DNA of 64,000 nucleotides from Nemertoderma westbladi (taxonomy: Eukaryota > Animalia > Xenacoelomorpha): positions 36,476-100,475 of the forward strand of contig JAUCBJ010000816.1 in assembly GCA_032718475.1 (NCBI GenBank), read 5' to 3'. Position numbers and translations under genes: made by a program. The notes under the pieces are model-generated. The model saw nothing but the letters and a program-made list of their open reading frames with translations. It did not search any database and was not told the origin of the DNA. Of this stretch, positions 58,178-64,000 are shown piece after piece (within the stretch, counting starts at the first letter, position 1; each line of letters opens with the position of its first letter).

Positions 58178-58546
58178 CCAATTGTTTGTGGCTGTCATGG
58201 CAGCACGGCACTACGGCAGTACGGCAACGAGGCATTTTGTTTGTTGTTGTCATAACACTACGGCAATTGTTTGTTGCTGTCACAACACTACGGCAGAACG
58301 GCACTACGGCAACATAGCAATTGTTTGTTGCTGTCACAACACTACGACAATTGTTTGTGGTTGTCACGGCAGCATAGCACTACAGCAGTACGGCAACACA
58401 GCATTTGTTTGTTGATGTCACAACACTGTGGCAATTGTTTGTTGCTGTCACAACACTACGGCAGCACGGCACTACGGCAACACAGCAATTGTTTGTTGCT
58501 GTCACAACACTACGACAATTGTTTGTGGCTGTCACGGCAGCACGGC
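58178..58546. repeat. Compound minisatellite (CAATTGTTTGTTGCTGTCACAACACTACGG plus GCAGCACGGCACTACG units)
   Basis: Alternating 30-bp and ~45-54-bp units. Confidence 0.9.
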
Positions 58547-59959
58547 TGTCGAGGCGTTTATGGGACGCTAACCCGAAGATGCCTAGTAAGCCGTTATGTA
58601 GTTCTTATGAGTGTTGTCAATGCCTTGGGATACCAGCCGCATATAGCAGGAATACTCACGAAAGTGTGGGGGTATATATATTATCTAATATATATATCTT
58701 AACGAGATCTAGAATTAGTTACTGTAAGTATAAGGCCTCAGCACTTACAAACTGCTTCAAAGGGGTACGATAGTTACGTGTAAACTGTTCCGTTATATTG
58801 TGTTGTTGGCTAGTGGATGTACGTATGACTTACATATATCACAGGTAGGACGCTACTTTGCCTAGTGCGTGGTAACCGCACGATTTCCTCGAATCACTTG
58901 CATCGCTGGTAAATAATAGCTACTAGTTGGGAATAATATAACAATATTGTGGACTCACACATTCGCATTAAATGAACCGAATCTTATTACTGACAAGGCG
59001 CACTTACGTTTATCGTGTGGAAATCGAGTTGATTTGATCTTTAGTCCAATATATTCATCAACAAGTAGTGCAAATATAATAGATTGCAAATAATTAGTTG
59101 TTAATGCAAGCAATTAGTTGATAATACAAGTGATTAGGTAAAATATCGTAGGCCACTATAACTAACATGACTTACTAGGCTACAAAATCGAGGTAAATTA
59201 CCTGAGATGTTAATCAAGGTTAAGCCCTGCCCTATAGAGGCTAACAACAGTTATATATGAATACACAATGTTCAGAACAGCCAATAAGACGCAAGAATAC
59301 TGGCTTCGGTAGTTACCAATGAGAGTCCAGTAATACCACAACCGTTGTTAGGCAACAATATAAACAACCTTATGGGCTATTCAATACGTTCGAAGTATAA
59401 ATATTATATGCACTGAAACCGAATAATAACCCAATGAAAATATAAGATTTCTGTATACAGTTAGCATTGGCAGCAAAACCGTTCCCTAAAATCACGTACA
59501 AGTTCCCAACACAATCCAACACAATATGTTAAATGACATAATATTAAGTTTTTTCTAAAATTTACACCGAAAGAGGTATATAAACTTTCAACAATTAAAT
59601 CATGTTGATATCAAAGACTCGTTACATACAATTAAATATAATGAACAATCCAGCTAAGTTAAACGGAGCTAATTATGGTAAGTCAACTTAATCATATAAA
59701 CAATAAGTCCATTAGGTCACTTCCGGTGAAACTAAGCAGGTATTAAACAACTTTCAAATAACACTAGGGTTTAACACATTTACTAATATTCTCTGGGTAC
59801 GTAAGTAAGTAATATGAGTCATATTATCTCTTTAGATACTAATATACTAAATTTCAGTCTTACTATAAGAAATACATATTGTTCATTATTTACAAATATG
59901 ATAGTTTGCAAACAGGTACGGGGATTTTATAAAGTTCGGCAGGCTAACTAATAATAATC

Positions 59960-61768
59960 TTATATTATCGCTTTCGTTTGGGGTGGCATAAAGAGTCGTT
60001 TCCTCCTTTTCGCGGGTGTCGGGGGCGCAGGTAGCGCGAGGTCGTCGCTCGAAATCGTCTCGTCGAGACCCGGGTGCATATCCACTGCATCAGGCGTCGG
60101 AGAACTCGGACAATCAGTATATGTTCCGGTGGAGGTGCCGGGTAAGGACGGGAACTCAGCCAGTCTCGTGGCGCGTGAGTTGGCAGCCGGTCGACGGAAT
60201 CCCGGTTCCAGGGGAGCGGCTAAGCGCTTCCGCATGGCGGTTTGCACTGGTCCGGAGGGGACAGTTTGGGTAGCGGTACCAAATGGAGACTGCTGGCCGA
60301 GGAAAATTCTCGGAGACACAGCGTGTGGGACCAGTCCTTCATGATAAATGTGTTCTTGGAAGGCTCGGTGCTGTGGAAGCAGCTCGGGATGTCTCTCCAG
60401 GAAGTGGGGACCATAAAAGGGGGAGTCTTTAATGAATTTTATTATGTCGTAAGACGTCACATATTTTGGGTGTGTTTCTCGAAGAAAACGTCGGACGAAA
60501 TGGGTGTTGGTGCAGGAAGCTACACGGTTGAGGAGTTCGTAGCTGAGTAGCCAAGCACATCTGACGTCAGTGGCGCAAATAAAAGGAGTCAGGGAATGAC
60601 GAAAGCATTCGAGGTTCAAAAATTTACCAAATTCATTGAGCTTGGCAAGTTGGATTCCAAATAGCAACGGGTGCGTTCTCAATGTACGGCTACATACGTC
60701 CGCAAGCCATCCAGATAACGCTTGGTTTTTGAATATGAGTTACATCGCCAATGAGGGGCGCTAGGGGACACTCATAAACTATACACGGCACCGGGAGCGG
60801 TGAGTGGTCCCTGAAAATAATAGGGTGAATATGCGTCACCATAAACTTGAGAATACGTCTCGCGATCAGTCTCCTTGAAGTTCCAATCGTACTCCTGGAA
60901 GGCGATATGGCCGGAGGAAGTACGATCAACTCAGTTATACGTATTGTTAGCGTTGCGTCAATACATAACTCCGAAGGAGCCGCGAGATTGCGCCCAAGGA
61001 AGGATAACTTAAGTGTCGACGAAGGGATATGGCATATCGTGGACAATAGGAAAATCATCCGTTAAGTCCCGATATATGGCTGAATCGAGTTTGTAGACTG
61101 ATTCATCCAACAGAATGTCTAACACCTGTTACGGTAACAAAGTAGCGTCGATTCCCATAGCCGGGTGTCAGTGTGTGTCATTGACATAAGCCTCCGTTTT
61201 AACAAATTGTTAATGTCTCGCACAGGGTTGATAAGAAGTCAAGGTGGGGAAGGCGCTATTGGTTCGGGGCGAATACCTTTGGGATAATGAGTTTGTTGAG
61301 TTTGGGCCGCCATTATATTTAAATAAGTTTCTCGAAGGAACGTAACTAAGTCCTCAAATTTGGCCGTGTTAACGCTGGTTTCTGCGTCGTCTGTCGACAT
61401 GGCGTCTCGGATGGCGTCTTCCCTGTCCATTCGCGCGGTATCCTCCCGTTGTCTCTGTACATGATAACGCCACATTTCCATGTCTTTTCGCTCATGAACA
61501 TCTTCTGAGTATATAAGATCGTTCGGGTGTCCAGATATGACAAACGGTTTATAAGATCCATCTATATTAGTATACCTGTCCATAAAGGTGTGGTAATGTA
61601 GCCGCTCGGATACCTCTACCGGGGACATTAAAGGTTCCGTATACTGTTGCGGTACTCCAGGTGTCAACAAATCCTCCATCATCTCTCGCATACCTCGACG
61701 ATATTCCTCTGAAAGTTGTTGTCGCTGTATATTGATATTATCCATTGGATCATCATTAGAAGTATCCA
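59960..61768 (-). pseudogene. Decayed, internally deleted paralog of the 1417-aa accessory ORF
   Basis: Collinear peptide blocks: YTEPLMSP/YIEPPMSP, FLRETYLNI (identical), YPKGI/YPQGI, PAMGID, PYPFVDT, RTHPLLFG..LAKL..ECFR..LTPF, SYELL..FVRRFLR..HPEL, PGTSTGTYTD/PGTSTGGYTD. The exonuclease part has several stops. Confidence 0.9.
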
Positions 61769-63216
61769 TTGTTATTATTGTAAGAAACAAATATGTTATC
61801 AATCCAACAAAGGCAAACCAAAGTTAATTATTGTTATAGTTAGTTATCAAGGTTCGCGCGGGTCGGCAATGGCAAGCCGCCCTCTTTCCCCCAGCCTGGC
61901 ACGGACCCGAGCTGCCCCTGGCCACGTTAGCGCCGCTATGCCAATTCCCTATCCAACAGGCGTGGATGAACGGGTGGATGACGCAACGGCTAACACGCAG
62001 GAAAAGCTCGAGGCCGGTCTTATCCAAGGGCTTTTCGTCGGGGTAACCATTATTGCAATGTAATTGCAGTTAGTCAGCAATAAGGCTTCGGTTCGCTACA
62101 GTAAACACACGTGGAGTAGTTGCTATTCATACTGTCATGCAAACTAATGCACACAATATCACAACATGTACCGGTCGACCGGTATGAAGTGTTTATCACA
62201 AATCTACTATTTCCCGAATGTTGATATTAGTTTCCATGGATACTCACCAAATATATTTAAAGATATTAAATTTAGCAAATACGACAAACTCTAGAACTTT
62301 AATAAAAAACAAGGGTTGCGTGAGCGACACACCAGCGTCCCAATGTTCTAAATTAATTATTAATTTATCGAAGATCAACATTCGGTAAATATAGCGGTAG
62401 GATAGGCTATTGCTCATTCATACAGATCTGGGTTTACTGTGATATTATTACGTCATTTACATCATTACGTTATTTTGTTGGTTATTATTTTATTTATTTA
62501 TTTTAATGTAGTGTTTGTCTGTATAGTATCGGTGTTTGTACTATCGGGATATTAATGTCATAATTGAGGGTTGATGATATTAAGTTATTAATAAATAACA
62601 TAATAAAGATTTACGCGATCTGGTGACTTAAACTAAGTTTACTCATCCCTTGGGAGAGAGCCACAAAATGGACCGCGACCGTTCCCATAATGCTCATTAT
62701 TACAGTGACTTGAACGGATTTATGGATGTGATATTGTATTAATCAATATCGAGCTATGTTGGTTCTTGAAGTTTCAAGCCAACTAATTGACATCTCTTAC
62801 TGTACTCTGGCAATTGACAAGAAGCGGGAGTAATAATTAAGACTGTGATTGAGCCGTCATAATACAGTAAGACCAAGGTTTGTTATTGTCATGCGCCATG
62901 TTTAATAATGACTTATCATGACTATTACAATTTATTATAATTTTATTTGTTACTCCCTTTGTACTAGGGTTATTTATACAAGAAGTGGCGGGCCATCTCC
63001 AGAATTTACCCAGAGTTTGGTTTAACCGAAATAAAGGATATGGATTCCGCATTCAATTGTATTATCACCATCATCATACAGTTAAAGGGTTTTGGTTGGC
63101 TGCGCGTCATGTTTAATAATGACTTATTGCAACATGTTATTGATGTTGGGTTCAGGTTTCATGCGTCGTGTGTATAACGGCTTATCATGAACCTCCCATT
63201 AGTATATTCTGGTATG

Positions 63217-63390
63217 TTCTAGAACTGAGATCAAATTTCATGCACTGTGTATAGAACAGTTTATCATGAAATATCTCACAGTCCTATTGTTTATATCATT
63301 TGTTTATAGTTGTTCTAGAACTAAGATCAAGTTTCATGCACCGTGTATAAAACGATTTATCATGAAACATCCCATAGTCCTATTGTTTTT
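63217..63390. repeat. ~95-bp tandem repeat x2 with upstream diverged units
   Basis: TTCTAGAACT.AGATCAA.TTTCATGCAC.GTGTATA...TTTATCATGAAA...AGTCCTATTGTTT occurs twice. Confidence 0.75.
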
Positions 63391-63790
63391 TGGGGACGAA
63401 GCGATACAGGGATAAATTTTGTTAGTGATGTTACTGAATATATGGCATATTTTTGAAAAAGGGGGACTGTGGTTAACGACACATGTCGAGGCGTTTATGG
63501 GAGGCTAACCCGAAGATGCCTAGTAAGCCGTTATGTAGTTCTTATGAGTGTTGTCAATGCCTCGGGATACCTGCCGCATATAGCAGGAACACTCACGAAA
63601 GTGTGGGGGTATATATATATTATCTAATATATAGAAACAATGTGATCCAGTCTCCTATCAAAAATGAAACCTAACTACAAATAAACACTTTAATAACTGC
63701 ACGAATAACTATCCTATATATTAGAAAATACAGGACATTTAGTCGCCGAAAGGGGTAAGTCTACATACTAAATTTGATAAAAATAAAGGG

Positions 63791-64000
63791 TTTCAGGATT
63801 TAAACACTGTACCCGGGGAAACACAGCTCCATCATCAGCAGTGTACTGTGAGTCCCTATCCTATCTAAATACAGCACAGTACCAATTGACCAATATAATA
63901 CAGGAAATGAAACCAAATACTGAAATAGAGTACAGTACAGTACAGTACACTGCTGATGATGGAGCTGTGTTTCCCCGGGTACAGTGTTTAAATCCTGAAA
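63791..64000. repeat. Perfect inverted repeat (at least 59-bp arms); probably a fold-back/MITE running off the window
   Basis: TTTCAGGATTTAAACACTGTACCCGGGGAAACACAGCTCCATCATCAGCAGTGTACTGT (63791-63849) is mirrored at 63942-64000. Confidence 0.85.

Larger units (their letters stand above)
58547..63632 (+). mobile_element. Non-autonomous LTR-bounded element carrying only the accessory exonuclease cassette
   Basis: ~150-bp direct repeats at 58547-58696 and 63484-63632. The right copy is preceded by PPT-like AAAAAGGGGGAC and TG at 63468, with TATA-like GGGGGTATATATA inside. No gag/pol between the repeats. No TSD is visible. Confidence 0.6.

Noticed and set aside
58102-58773. Overlapping repetitive ORFs (CCCHNTT, LFVAVTTLRQ)
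   Set aside because: Products of a minisatellite running into an LTR-like repeat.

Overview
AT-rich eukaryotic DNA, probably from an invertebrate animal. One host gene is visible: a minus-strand, spliced, tandem F-type lectin (fucolectin) with four phase-0 exons at 51593-51390, 43958-43779, 30621-30376 and 10065-9877. Its 5' exon(s) were not located. Its introns are packed with nested transposons. The centrepiece is a young 18.6-kb BEL/Pao LTR retrotransposon (10754-29318, minus strand, TSD GCAGT) inserted into a solo LTR of a related family. It has three unusual properties. (1) An intact 1417-aa accessory ORF sits between integrase and the 3' LTR and carries a DEDDy-like 3'-5' exonuclease domain, CCHC zinc knuckles and a basic tail. 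(2) There is no tRNA primer-binding site; instead the 11 nt next to the 5' LTR are the exact reverse complement of an 11-mer inside the LTR, the signature of Tf1-type self-priming. (3) A diverged, decayed copy of the same accessory cassette, with collinear upstream non-coding motifs, lies at 59960-63054 inside an unrelated LTR-bounded element, apparently antisense to it. Also present: a deleted BEL/Pao element, a decayed Mag-like Gypsy element, RTE, RTEX-like and CRE-like LINE pieces, two tRNA-derived SINE copies, MITEs, a Helentron/DINE-like element and several tandem arrays. All calls come from reading the sequence by eye; no database searches were run.
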